A stretch of 64,000 nt of DNA from Candidatus Eiseniibacteriota bacterium (GCA_963792585.1 CAWBWI010000003.1:32001-96000), one strand, 5' to 3'. Counted from the stretch's first letter, positions 1 to 9,418 are shown. The notes: generated from the letters alone by a model not told the origin. Made by a program: numbers and translations.

Positions 1-278
1 GGGAATCGATCGCGTTCGTGGAGCGGACCCTGGGGCGTGCGTCCGACGTCGAGGCCGCCAGCATCATGGCGGGCGAACCATCCTCGATGCGGATCGCGAG
101 GGTCGCCGGGGTGCTGGTGAGCGCCGCGGTTCGAGCGAGCGTGCAAGCTCGCTCCGACTACGCGAGCCCAAGCGACCTCAATCGCGCGACGCTTGCCTGG
201 TTCGAGGTGCACGATCTGCGACACCGACAGCTGCTTGAAGCGAACGATCTGCTCGAGGCGACCCGCCTGACCGCCTGA
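1..278 (+). CDS. 3' end of hypothetical protein (truncated by window start)
   Basis: Open frame with GC3-rich codons, stop at 278; no recognisable motif. Confidence 0.4.
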   Translation, partial: ESIAFVERTLGRASDVEAASIMAGEPSSMRIARVAGVLVSAAVRASVQARSDYASPSDLNRATLAWFEVHDLRHRQLLEANDLLEATRLTA

Positions 279-347
279 CCGCATCGCTCGGCGGGGCGGC
301 GAACTGGAATGGGCGGGCACCGGCCGAGCGGTTCGACGGCACGCCCT

Positions 348-1620
348 TCACCGATCGTCGACGATGCCTTCGTTGTCGTTGGCCGGGACTTCCTGGCCGG
401 CGGCGGCCCGGACCCGTGCCAGGTCCCGACGCGCGATCCGCGAGGGTCGGGTGCGTCGGCGAGACCGCCGGCTCCAGGATGGCGATCGCTCGCCGCAGCA
501 GCTCGGCCGCTTCGTCGGGGTGGCCGCGCGCCCGCCGGACCTCCGCGAGGTTGACCAGCGTGTTGGCGAGTGACGGTGCGGCCGGGCCGGATGCCCGCTC
601 CTTGATCTCCAGGGCGCGGAGATACCAGCGCTCGGCCTCGTCGAGGTCGCCATCCCGCTGGGCGATCGCGGCCAGGTTGTTGTAGACGACGGCAGCCTCG
701 CGATGCTCCGGCCCGAGGCGTTCCTCGATGATCGGCAGCGCGTCCAGCAGGAGCAGGCGGGCCTCGTCGCGCTGCGCGGAGCGGTCGAGGATCGCGGCCA
801 GCGCCACCCGGTCGAGGGCCGTCACCACGTGATCCTCGCCGAGCGTTCGGGCGTGAAGCCGCACCGACCGTCGGCCGTGATCGGCGGCGGCGGCCAGGTT
901 GCCGCGCGCGAACTCAAGAGCGCCCAGGTCGTGCTCCACGGTCGCGAGATCCGGGTGGCCCAGCCCACCCACGCGCTGGATCATGCCGAGCGCCCGCCGG
1001 TGCGCGACCGCGCTGCCGGCGAAGTCACCGGCGAACTTGCGGACCACGCCGAGATCCGAGAGGACCGCCGCCAGCTCGAGCGACTCCGGGCTGAATCCAC
1101 GCTTCGCTCGTCGCTGCGCCTCGAGGAGGTCGCCCTCGGCCGCCTTGAGGTCGCCGACCTGGCGCCACACCGCGGCTCGAGCCTGGAGAGCGAGCGTGAC
1201 TGCCGCGTCGCGCTGCCGCGGGTCCGGCAGGACGAGGGCATTCACGACAGCGAGCTCGGCGTGGGCAGCGGCCGCGTCGAGGTCCCCGAGCTCCAGGTCG
1301 ATGAGAGTAACCTCGGTCGCGACCTCGGCGACGATCCCCGCGTCGTCGATCTGCCGGGCAAGGTCCAGGGCCGCGGCACCACGGTCATGGGCCTCCTCAA
1401 GGCGACCGTCGTACCGACACAGAGCCGCAAGGCCGATCAGTGCGCGCGCCCGTAGGAGATCCAGGCCCCGGTCATCGGCCGCCCCTTGGAGGACGCGATG
1501 GAAGGCCGCCTCCGCCTCGCGATGATCGCCGGCGGCATCGAGGCGACGCGCGTCATCCAACTCGGCCACCGGATCAGGGCGACCGGCGCCGGACTCATCC
1601 AAGGACAGATCCACGAGCAT
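348..1620 (-). CDS. Tetratricopeptide repeat protein (kinesin-light-chain-like TPR_10/12); frameshift near 440
   Basis: Repeated motifs such as HPDLATVEHDLGALEFARG, HREAAVVYNNLAAIAQRDGDLDEAERWYLRAL and PSLANTLVNLAEV; C-terminus continues in the 348..653 frame. Confidence 0.85.
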
Positions 1621-1682
1621 CCATCGAATCGACAGTCTCCCACGCCAGGGTCGTCGGACGGACGCGCTATCATCCGCGGCAT

Positions 1683-1759
1683 CCGCCCGTAGCTCAGTGG
1701 ATCAGAGCGACTGACTTCGGATCAGTAGGTCGGGGGTTCGAATCCCTCCGGGCGGGCCA
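1683..1759 (+). tRNA. tRNA-Arg, anticodon UCG
   Basis: Cloverleaf: acceptor CCGCCCG/CGGGCGG, D arm GCTC/GAGC, anticodon stem ACTGA/TCAGT with loop CT-TCG-GA, T loop TTCGAAT, discriminator G, encoded CCA. Confidence 0.97.
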
Positions 1760-1762
1760 TCG

Positions 1763-2909
1763 TCATCGGTCGCGCGAGCGGTCGACGCCTACGAGTCGGC
1801 GCCCCTGGATCTCTGGGATCGGTGCTCCGGCGAAGTCGAACAGGACCAACGCCTCGTCGAATCGGATGCGAGCCGCGACCGCCCACTGGTCGTCCTTGAC
1901 GGCGCCTTCGAACGACCGATCCACGGACGAGAGGTAGAGGTCTCGCGCGGCGCTGACCCTGGCCTCCGTGGGCGCCTCCTCGGCCGCTTTCGCGACCCGG
2001 CCCTTCGGTGCCCCGGCCGTGAGGGCAAGGTCCAGCCAGTGCGCCCGCTTCGCGGTCCATCGCTCCTCATCCGCGATCCGGCGGCGCTCCGCCTCGAACA
2101 CCGGCAAGGCCGCCTCCATGAGCCAGACGGTCCGGTCATCGACGTGTCGCACGACGATCTGCTGCTTGCACTCGGTGCACCGTCGATCCGACGTCGGAGG
2201 CGGCTGCAGGATCGTGGCGCAGTAGGGGCAATAGGCGCGGGCGTCCACGGACGCCACGGCCGGTGCGGCACGACTGGCGGCGCAGCTCGGCCACGGGTGG
2301 CTCGGCCCGCGGATCGCAGCGACCTCGGATCCAGTGACAGGCTCGAAGTCCAGTCCGATCCCCGGAGAACAGCGTGTCCTGGGCGGGCGCGTCCACCGCG
2401 ACGGACGGATCGTCGACGGCGACGGCGCGGGATCGGCCGTCCACCCCGGAGCCGGCGCCCCGAGGAACATCACCAGTGGGGTCGCGTCGAGCTCCGGATC
2501 CGCCGGGACCGGCGCGGGCGGCTCGTCGATCCCGGCGATGCGGAAGACGAGGGGCTTTCGCACCTTCGCAGCGGAAGCCTGGTCTACCGATTCAGTCACG
2601 TCGATCGCCTCATCTGCTTCAGGCACGCCAGCCGACCGGCGCGGCCTGGGGTGGGTCGGTGGGGTCGGTGTCGCCGATGGGATCCGAGTCGTTCGCCGGG
2701 ACGGACACGACCGTCGTCTGCGGACGATCCGGTTCGGCGACACCGCCAAGCCGTTGGAGGGTCACGGCACGGACGCGCTCGACCTCCGCTGCCTGGTCGT
2801 CCGGTGATCGCTTGAGACGCCGTTGCACGTTGGCCAGGACCGATCCCTCACGAGTCGGCGGCCCTGCGTTCGTTTCCGTCAATCGACTGCCTCGGCCGAT
2901 CTCGGCCAA
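1763..2909 (-). pseudogene. Hypothetical protein with low-complexity N-terminus and zinc ribbon (CPYC...CTEC); frameshifted and probably C-terminally truncated
   Basis: YCPYCATILQPPPTSDRRCTECKQQIVVR motif; frame runs into the conserved left arm; start uncertain. Confidence 0.55.
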
Positions 2910-3187
2910 CCTGTCGGGGAGTGACGCCCACGGCGCGGCGTCGAACCCGAGTGACGCTACCAGTGAGTAGCCCGATCGGGCTAGCTGAAGCCGCCGAACG
3001 TACTATTCAAGGTGCGTCGCGGCACCGCCGCCGGTCCCGTCGACCGCACCGCTCCGGACCGGACGATCCCAGACCACACCGCACCACATCAGCTGGCGCC
3101 GACTCGCCACATTCGGCTCCTGACATCATCGACGCAGCGCAGGCCACAAGTTGGGTAACGGACGGCGATGGGCAGGAGAGGGAAACG

Positions 3188-3508
3188 GTCGGCTCGGGCC
3201 CGAGCCAGGATGAACTTGAGCAGTTCATCCGTGCCAGCTTTGAGTGATCCTCGACCCGTCAGTGAACGCCTCCGGTCCGCGTTGTCTGGGCGGGCGTCGA
3301 GGCGGGCATCCGGGCAGCCGCTCGGTCGGCCCGCTCACCCTCGGCGACGGGCGGATCGCGAACGTCTCGCCAGCCCGAGCGCCTCGCGGCGAAGTGCCGA
3401 GCCACCTCCGCCCGCATCGGCGCGACGTGCCTCGGGCCGCTCCGGACAGCGACTGAGTACGAGCTACCCGTGTTGTTCCTGCGCGCCCGCTGCCCTCCGG
3501 GCGGGCCA
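3188..3508 (+). repeat. Conserved right-arm repeat, copy 1 (321 bp, including an 82-bp insertion at 3261-3342), ending in the tRNA 3' 16-mer
   Basis: Near-identical to 4512-4749. Confidence 0.95.
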
Positions 3509-3613
3509 ATGTCATGAGTCGCGACGCCACCGGCGGCGACTAACGAGTCGCGCGTGGGTGACAGCCTCGTCGTCGATCGACCTCCGCCGCACCTTGCGGC
3601 TGTGGTCCGGCGT

Positions 3614-3817
3614 TCACTTCCGGTCGTCGTCTGACTCGAAGATCGCTTCGATCGGCTGGTCGAAGAGACGGGCGATCTTGAATGCGAGCGGGAGCGACGG
3701 GTCATATCGACCCGTCTCGATCGCGTTCACGGTCTGGCGTGAGACGCCCAGCTCGTGCGCGAGGTGCTCCTGGGACCACTGGCGCTCGGCGCGGAGGACC
3801 CGGAGACGGTTCTTCAT
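3614..3817 (-). CDS. XRE-family HTH transcriptional regulator (COG1476-like)
   Basis: MKNRLRVLRAERQWSQEHLAHELGVSRQTVNAIETGRYDPSLPLAFKIARLF. Confidence 0.93.
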   Translation of the reverse strand: MKNRLRVLRAERQWSQEHLAHELGVSRQTVNAIETGRYDPSLPLAFKIARLFDQPIEAIFESDDDRK

Positions 3818-4197
3818 CGGTATCGCCGCGCCGACCACACGAAGCCGACCGCATAGAGGCCGACGAGGATCCCGAAGATGACGAACCCGCTCAAAGGCTC
3901 GTAGCCGAGGCCCTCGAGGAACCCCCACGAGACGGCGACAAGCATCGTCCCAAGGCACGACACGGCGAGTGCCGTCAGGCGGATCCGCTGCTGAAGTTCG
4001 TCGTCGGCGAGGAACTGGGCGATCGCGATCGCGATGATCGCGATCGCGGCAGGCACGGGCATCAGCGCGACCAGCGCCCGGGGCAGGTCGCCGACGATCG
4101 CGTCTCCGCGAAGGATCGCGATCGACACGAGCAGCAGCCCCGCGTAAGAGACGAGCGCCGCCCCGAGCTCCAGTGTTCGGCGATGGCGGCCGGTCAC
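3814..4197 (-). CDS. Small membrane protein of the type found upstream of COG1476 regulators
   Basis: About 4 hydrophobic segments, DELQQRI motif, ATGA overlap with the HTH gene. Confidence 0.8.
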   Translation of the reverse strand: MTGRHRRTLELGAALVSYAGLLLVSIAILRGDAIVGDLPRALVALMPVPAAIAIIAIAIAQFLADDELQQRIRLTALAVSCLGTMLVAVSWGFLEGLGYEPLSGFVIFGILVGLYAVGFVWSARRYR

Positions 4198-4352
4198 GCG
4201 CGACGCCGCCGCTGGATCTCCCGCGCGAGCACGAAGGTGCCCATCGCCCCGGCCAGCCCGATCAGGTACCCGATCGACCCCATCGATGCCGCGAACGCCG
4301 CGCCGATCCCTATGCCCATCGCGGCAGCCTGCCCCATGGTCCGCTCGTTCAT
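4194..4352 (-). CDS. 52-aa membrane protein, absent from the ORF track (MNERTMGQAAAMGIGIGAAF...EIQRRRRA)
   Basis: AAGGAGG RBS upstream; GTGA overlap with the next gene; Gly/Ala-rich hydrophobic stretch. Confidence 0.75.
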   Translation of the reverse strand: MNERTMGQAAAMGIGIGAAFAASMGSIGYLIGLAGAMGTFVLAREIQRRRRA

Positions 4353-4374
4353 CTGTCGTGCCTCCTTGTCTATA

Positions 4375-4441
4375 CGTAAAGCGTGCTTGTCTATTCGAAG
4401 ACTATGCCCGACCCACGCAGGCTGTCAAGGACCCTTGTCAC
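4375..4441 (-). promoter_or_regulatory. Sigma70-like promoter with two palindromic operator-like boxes
   Basis: Minus strand TTGACA (4423-4428), 16 nt, CATAGT (4401-4406); imperfect palindromes TGACAAGGGTCCTTGACA and AGACAAGCACGCTTTACG. Confidence 0.6.
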
Positions 4442-4511
4442 ATGTCGCGTCCAAGAAGGGATCGCCTGGCACCTGTTCGCACTCGCCCTTGGCTGACTCG
4501 TTGATGGACCT

Positions 4512-4749
4512 GTCGGCTCGGGCCCGAGCCGGGATGAACTTGAGCAGTTCATCCGTGCCAGCTTTGAGTGATCCTCGACCCGTCGGCGATGGGCGGATCG
4601 CGAGGTCTAGCCAGCCCGAGCGCCTCGCGGCGAAGTGCCGAGCCACCTCCGCCCGCATCGGCGCGACGTGCCTCGGGCCGCTCCGGACAGCGACTGAGTA
4701 CGAGCTACCCGTGTTGTTCCTGCGCGCCCGACGCCCTCCGGGCGGGCCA
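4512..4749 (+). repeat. Conserved right-arm repeat, copy 2 (238 bp), ending in the tRNA 3' 16-mer
   Basis: Near-identical to 3188-3508 without the 82-bp insertion. Confidence 0.95.
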
Positions 4750-4760
4750 GCTTCCCTGGG

Positions 4761-5351
4761 CTATCGCGGCGGGCGGACCATCCCGGTCAGCGTGTGGCCG
4801 AAGCAGTCACCCTGGCCGATGATCTCGAACCCGCGCTTCCGGTAGAAGGCGATATTGGAGTCCGTCGCGGTCTCGAGGTAGCAGGGCACGCCGGCGTCAT
4901 CGGCCCGTGACGTCCCCACCTCGACGAGCTTCGAGCCGAGTCCCTGGCCCTGCCTGGCCGTCCGCACCCCGGCGGTCATCAGGTACCAGTGCGGGCCCTC
5001 GACCTGCTTGTGGAAGGCCTCGGTCACGGCCATCGCCTTCGAGAAGCGGTTCAGACCGCCAACGCCAAGAGCGAGCGGCATCCGCCACATGCCCGCCCGG
5101 AGCATCCTGGGCATGCTCATCGGCCCGCTCTCCGGATGGAGCCAGACGGCCACAGCCGAGACGTCTTCATTGGCCCACACGCGCCCGTAGCGCAACCCGT
5201 AGGCAACGGGGACGCCCAGGAACGGTGTGGCCTTTGCGCGCCGCGCGGGGTCGGGTGCGACGATCTCGAGTAGCGGGTCGTTCGCGAACGCCTCGGCGAG
5301 CGTCAGCGTCGCCGCGCGCTCCTGATCGGGGCGTAGCTCAGCCAGTTCCAC
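4761..5351 (-). CDS. GNAT family N-acetyltransferase
   Basis: HWYLMTAGVRTARQGQGLGSKL acetyl-CoA motif; CYLETATDSNIAFYRKRGF. Confidence 0.92.
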   Translation of the reverse strand: MELAELRPDQERAATLTLAEAFANDPLLEIVAPDPARRAKATPFLGVPVAYGLRYGRVWANEDVSAVAVWLHPESGPMSMPRMLRAGMWRMPLALGVGGLNRFSKAMAVTEAFHKQVEGPHWYLMTAGVRTARQGQGLGSKLVEVGTSRADDAGVPCYLETATDSNIAFYRKRGFEIIGQGDCFGHTLTGMVRPPR

Positions 5352-5431
5352 GTGGGCTCCTCACTTGCCTCGGACGGACGTGGGGTCCGATCGTTGCAGG
5401 AGCGTACCAGCCAGCTCAGGGCAACCGGCGG

Positions 5432-5739
5432 ATGACGATCCTGCCGGCCACGCTCGGCTGGATGTACGACCTGCCGGACACCCGCACGTGATCAGCGGGA
5501 CTGCGGAGATCGTCGGCGGGCTCGGCCTCATCTTGCCGAGCGCGACGAGGATCCTCCCGGTGCTGACCGTGTGGGCCGCCGCCGGACTCGCGGTCGTCAT
5601 GCTCGCGGCCGCCGCCTGGCACGTCGGTCGTGGCGAGGTCACCAACATGAACCTCGTGCTCGCGGCGCTCCTCGGCTTCATCGCCGTCCGGCGCGCCAAG
5701 GTGAACCGGATCGAGCCGCGCGCCGCGAACTCGGGCTGA
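5432..5739 (+). pseudogene. DoxX-like membrane protein, N-terminus missing or frameshifted
   Basis: GTAEIVGGLGLILPSATRILPVLTVWAAAGLAVVMLAAAAWHVGRGE. Confidence 0.7.
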
Positions 5740-5830
5740 AACCCGGGTCCACCTTGCCACCGGAGCTGCGCGCGGCCGGTGGATATTCGCCGATGTCGTC
5801 GCGTTGGCGAGATGGTTGGCGCGGTCGGCG

Positions 5831-6926
5831 TCAGGCCTCCCCGGCGACGACCATCGGGAGGCCGATCACGGGGCCGAGGCGGTCCGCTGCCATGCCGCGG
5901 AGCCGCTCGGCGAGACTCGGCCGGTTCACGTCGGATGGCAGCACCACGATGGCACCGCTGAACCGTCGGCCCGCCTGCGCCAGACCCTCTGCCCCGGAGG
6001 CAGTCGGAAACCAGCCGCCCGCGTCCACGCCCGCGGCCGTCGCCGCCTCCAGGTAGGTGATCGATGGCCCCCCGGCCCTCGCGACGCGCGGTGGCGATGT
6101 CGAACAGCCGATCGGGTGACGGGCGGTTGGCGTCGTCGCCACGCCAGTCGTGATACGGGCTCGCAAAGCCCTCGGCCGAGCGGTCGACGATGACGAGGGC
6201 GCGATCCTCTCGCCGGGCGAGAGCCAGCGCGGTGATGAACGCCAGCCGGTCAGCCCCCCGACCCACGGCCACCACGACGGCTCCCGGGCCGGCATCGGAG
6301 GCAGGTTCGTCGAGCAGGACGTCGCTCGCCTTGACCAGCTCCAGGGCGGACGCCGAGGGCGGCACCTGGTCGACCGGTGGAGGCGGTGCCCCGATCGGCA
6401 GCAGGGTGCGGATGAGGAGGTCGACCACGTCCGCATCGTCGGAGACGAAGCCGACGAAGCGCTTGCCGGGACTTGCTGCGCCGCCGATGCCGAACGTCTT
6501 CGCGTCACCGAGCTCGTAGCTCACGAACGCCAGGGGCTCGGGCGAGTCGCTCACGAGGAACCACTGGTTCTCGAGGCGGCGGGTGTCGGCCGGCAATGCC
6601 CGGTAGTCGAGGTCGTCGAGGCCGAGGCCGTCGGCACGTTGCCCCGCCGCCCACGCGACCACCTGGGTTCCGGCAGCGAGGAGGGCTCGGTACCGCTCGG
6701 CCTCGACGTCGAACTTGGCGGCAGCCTGGAAGCCCACAAGGAGCCGTCCCCCGGTCGCGGCGCGCTCGATGTCCCGGGTCGTTCGCAGCATGGCACGCGG
6801 GTCGTAGGTGAAGCGGGTGGCATCAGGTGCGCGACCCAGTGCCTCGGCGAGACGTCGGCCGATCTCGAAGATCCCGGAGTCACCTGCCCCGACCGGGTAC
6901 GTCCAGTCCATTTCCCTGGTAGCCAT
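5831..6926 (-). CDS. DICT sensory-domain protein with USP-like C-terminal domain; frameshift near 6060
   Basis: LLVGFQAAAKFDVEAERYRAL and NQWFLV (DICT-like); AAGGAG RBS. Confidence 0.6.
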
Positions 6927-7002
6927 ATCGCTGAGCTCCTTGCGTTGGTCCGCTCCGGCTGCCTGCGGATGCACGAGACACTCGACTCCGCGAGCGAACC
7001 CG

Positions 7003-7569
7003 TCAGGCGGCGAGGACGGTGTTGCTGCGAGCGCGTTCGGCGAGCTCGGCGACCAGCTCGGCGATATCGGCGCGGATCCCCGCGTCCGTCAGGGCGAAGT
7101 CGTCGCGGAAGGCTCGTGCCGCGAACGGAACGGCGACGACATGGTCGAGCACGTCCGAACGCGTGCGGCCCAGGATCCGCACGACTGACTCGATCCCGCC
7201 GTTCGCACCACCCCCCCCGGTGGACGCGCCCATCACCGCGACGGGCTTTCCGGCCAAGATCCTGACCGGCCCGCGGGAGGCCCAGTCCAGGGCGTTCTTG
7301 AGGACACCACTCGTGGCGCCGTTGTACTCGGGCGTCGCGAGAAGCAGCGCGTCTGCATCGACGATGGCCCGCCGCAGGGCAACGACGGTCGCGGGAAGTC
7401 CCGCGTCCTCGAGATCCCCGTCGTAGAACGGGAGGGCGGCGAGCCCATCGAACGTCCCGGCGGATACACCGCTCGGGGCGAGCTGCGCAGCAGCACGCGC
7501 GAGCGCCCGGTTGTACGAGTCCCGCCGAAGGCTGCCCGCAAGGATCAGGATCTTGATCGTCTCGTCCAC
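7003..7569 (-). CDS. NADPH-dependent FMN reductase (ChrR/SsuE-like)
   Basis: LAGSLRRDSYNRALA; LATPEYNGATSGVLKNALDWASR; KPVAVMGAS. Confidence 0.92.
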   Translation of the reverse strand: MDETIKILILAGSLRRDSYNRALARAAAQLAPSGVSAGTFDGLAALPFYDGDLEDAGLPATVVALRRAIVDADALLLATPEYNGATSGVLKNALDWASRGPVRILAGKPVAVMGASTGGGGANGGIESVVRILGRTRSDVLDHVVAVPFAARAFRDDFALTDAGIRADIAELVAELAERARSNTVLAA

Positions 7570-7754
7570 CGTGTCGTTGACCTTCGTTCTTCCGTCTGGT
7601 GATTCGATTTCCACCCGCTGTCGATCTTGATTCGTTCGTGCGGCGCGCGCGGATGGGTCGAAGGACGCTGACCGGCTCCAACGCCCTTGCCGGTCTGACC
7701 GTCGGGGCGCGCCAGGTACTCCGGTTCCGCGCGGTCTGCGCCCCCGGCAACCCC

Positions 7755-9277
7755 CTACCGGACGAGCGCGCGCAGGTCGGCTCGAAGCAGCTTGCCGACC
7801 GAGCTCCGCGGCAGCCGGTCGAGGAACGTGATCGAGACGGCACCTCATGCGGCGCGAGCCGTCCGCGCGCGAACTCGATGAGCTCGGTATCGGCGACCGA
7901 GCTTCCGGGAGTCAGGACGACGAACGCCGCCCCGACCATATCGCCATCGGCGGTCACGATCGGCACGACCCCGGCGTCGACGACCGCGGGATGGGTCATG
8001 AGCTGGCGCTCGACATCGCCGGGATAGACCGTCCGACCGCCGACGATGAAGCCGGCGTCGACGCGATCGACGATCCAGACGTCGCCGTCGCCGTCCACGC
8101 GTGCCGCGTCTCCGGTGCGCAGCCAGCCATCGGCGACCAGCACCTCCCCGGTGTCGGCCGGTCGACGCCAGTACCCGGCCATGACGTTCGGGCCACGCGC
8201 CAGCAGCTCGCCGGTCTGGCCAGGCTCGACATCGTGCCCGTCCGGGATCGACGATCCGGATGTCGACGAGCAGTGGCGGCCGACCGGCCGACCCGACCTT
8301 CTGGAGCGAACGCTCGGCGTCGAGAAGCAGGACGAGGGGGCCTGCCTCGGAGAGCCCGTAGCCCTGGACCAGGGCGACCCCGCGGTCGTGGTAGGCGCGG
8401 ATCAACCGTTCGGGTACCGGTGCACCCCCGGTCAGGATGAACCGGATGCTGGACAGGTCGGCCACCGGCCAACGCTCGGCGCGCATCAGCTCGTCGAGCA
8501 CGTCCGGGTTGCCGAAGCCGACGCTGACACGATGCCGTTCGATGACCCCGAGGAGCCCGTCACCGGTGACGTCATCCGGCACGACGACGGTGCCCCCGAG
8601 AAAGAGCACGGGCAGGACGTTGACGCCCGTGCCGCCGACCCGGAAGAACGGGGCGATGGCGATCGTCACGTCGTCGCCCCTGAAGTCGGCGCGGGACAGG
8701 AAGTTGACGACGTTCCAGGTCACGTTGCCGTGGCTCAGCATCACGCCCTTGGGAGACCCGGTCGTGCCCGAGGTGTGGGGCAGGAACAGCAGGTCGTCGA
8801 GGGCGATACGTACGTCGGGCACGTGATCCGGCGACCCCGCGACGAACGCCTCGTAGTCGATGGCACCCGCGGCGACGCCTGGGCCGACGAGCGAGGCGGT
8901 GGCGAACCGAGGCGGGCGCGCGTGTGGGCGCCACGGCGTGATGCTCGATCAGCACCGTGGGCTCGGCGTCCTCCAGGATCAGGGCACGCTCGTTCGACGC
9001 CAGGCGGTGGTTGACCGGGGCAAGGACGGCACCGAGCGTGCCGGCTGCGAAGAACGCCTCGAGGAAGGCGCCATGGTTGGGGCCGATCCAGGCGACGCGA
9101 TCGCCGCGCACGACCCCGAGACGGTCGAGGCCGGCCGCCAGCCGGCGGATGCGCTCGGCCAGCTGCCCGTAGGTGACCGGTCGTCCTCCGGCTGATGATC
9201 GCGGGTCGATCCGGATCGACTCGCGCTCGCCGCTCGATCCACGAGCCGACGCCATGCCTGCCGCTCTCGAAGCTCAC
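7755..9277 (-). CDS. Long-chain acyl-CoA synthetase / MenE-like AMP-binding enzyme; several frameshifts
   Basis: HTSGTTGSPKG, QGYGLSE and GWLRTGD motifs spread across frames. Confidence 0.88.
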
Positions 9278-9418
9278 CGCTGCAGGATGCCAGACGACCG
9301 GAAGGGGTCAACCGCCGGCCCATCCGATCCTCGTCCGTTTGTCGTTCCGCCGCGCCACGGCCATCCGGGCCTATCCGGGCCAGACCGTCGTTTCGAGCCG
9401 TCAGCGCATACTCGTGGC

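Larger units (their letters stand above)
1760..3508. mobile_element. tRNA-anchored non-autonomous mini-island 1
   Basis: Bounded by the tRNA 3' end (1744-1759) and an identical 16-mer CCCTCCGGGCGGGCCA (3493-3508); left and right arms shared with element 2; no recombinase gene. Confidence 0.7.
3509..4749. mobile_element. tRNA-anchored non-autonomous mini-island 2
   Basis: Between 16-mer copies at 3493-3508 and 4734-4749; same arms as element 1, different cargo. Confidence 0.7.

Noticed and set aside
3188..4749. Classical integron attC cassettes, or tmRNA
   Set aside because: No RYYYAAC/GTTRRRY attC boxes and no intI; the repeats end in a tRNA-Arg fragment and lack the tmRNA Ala acceptor and tag ORF
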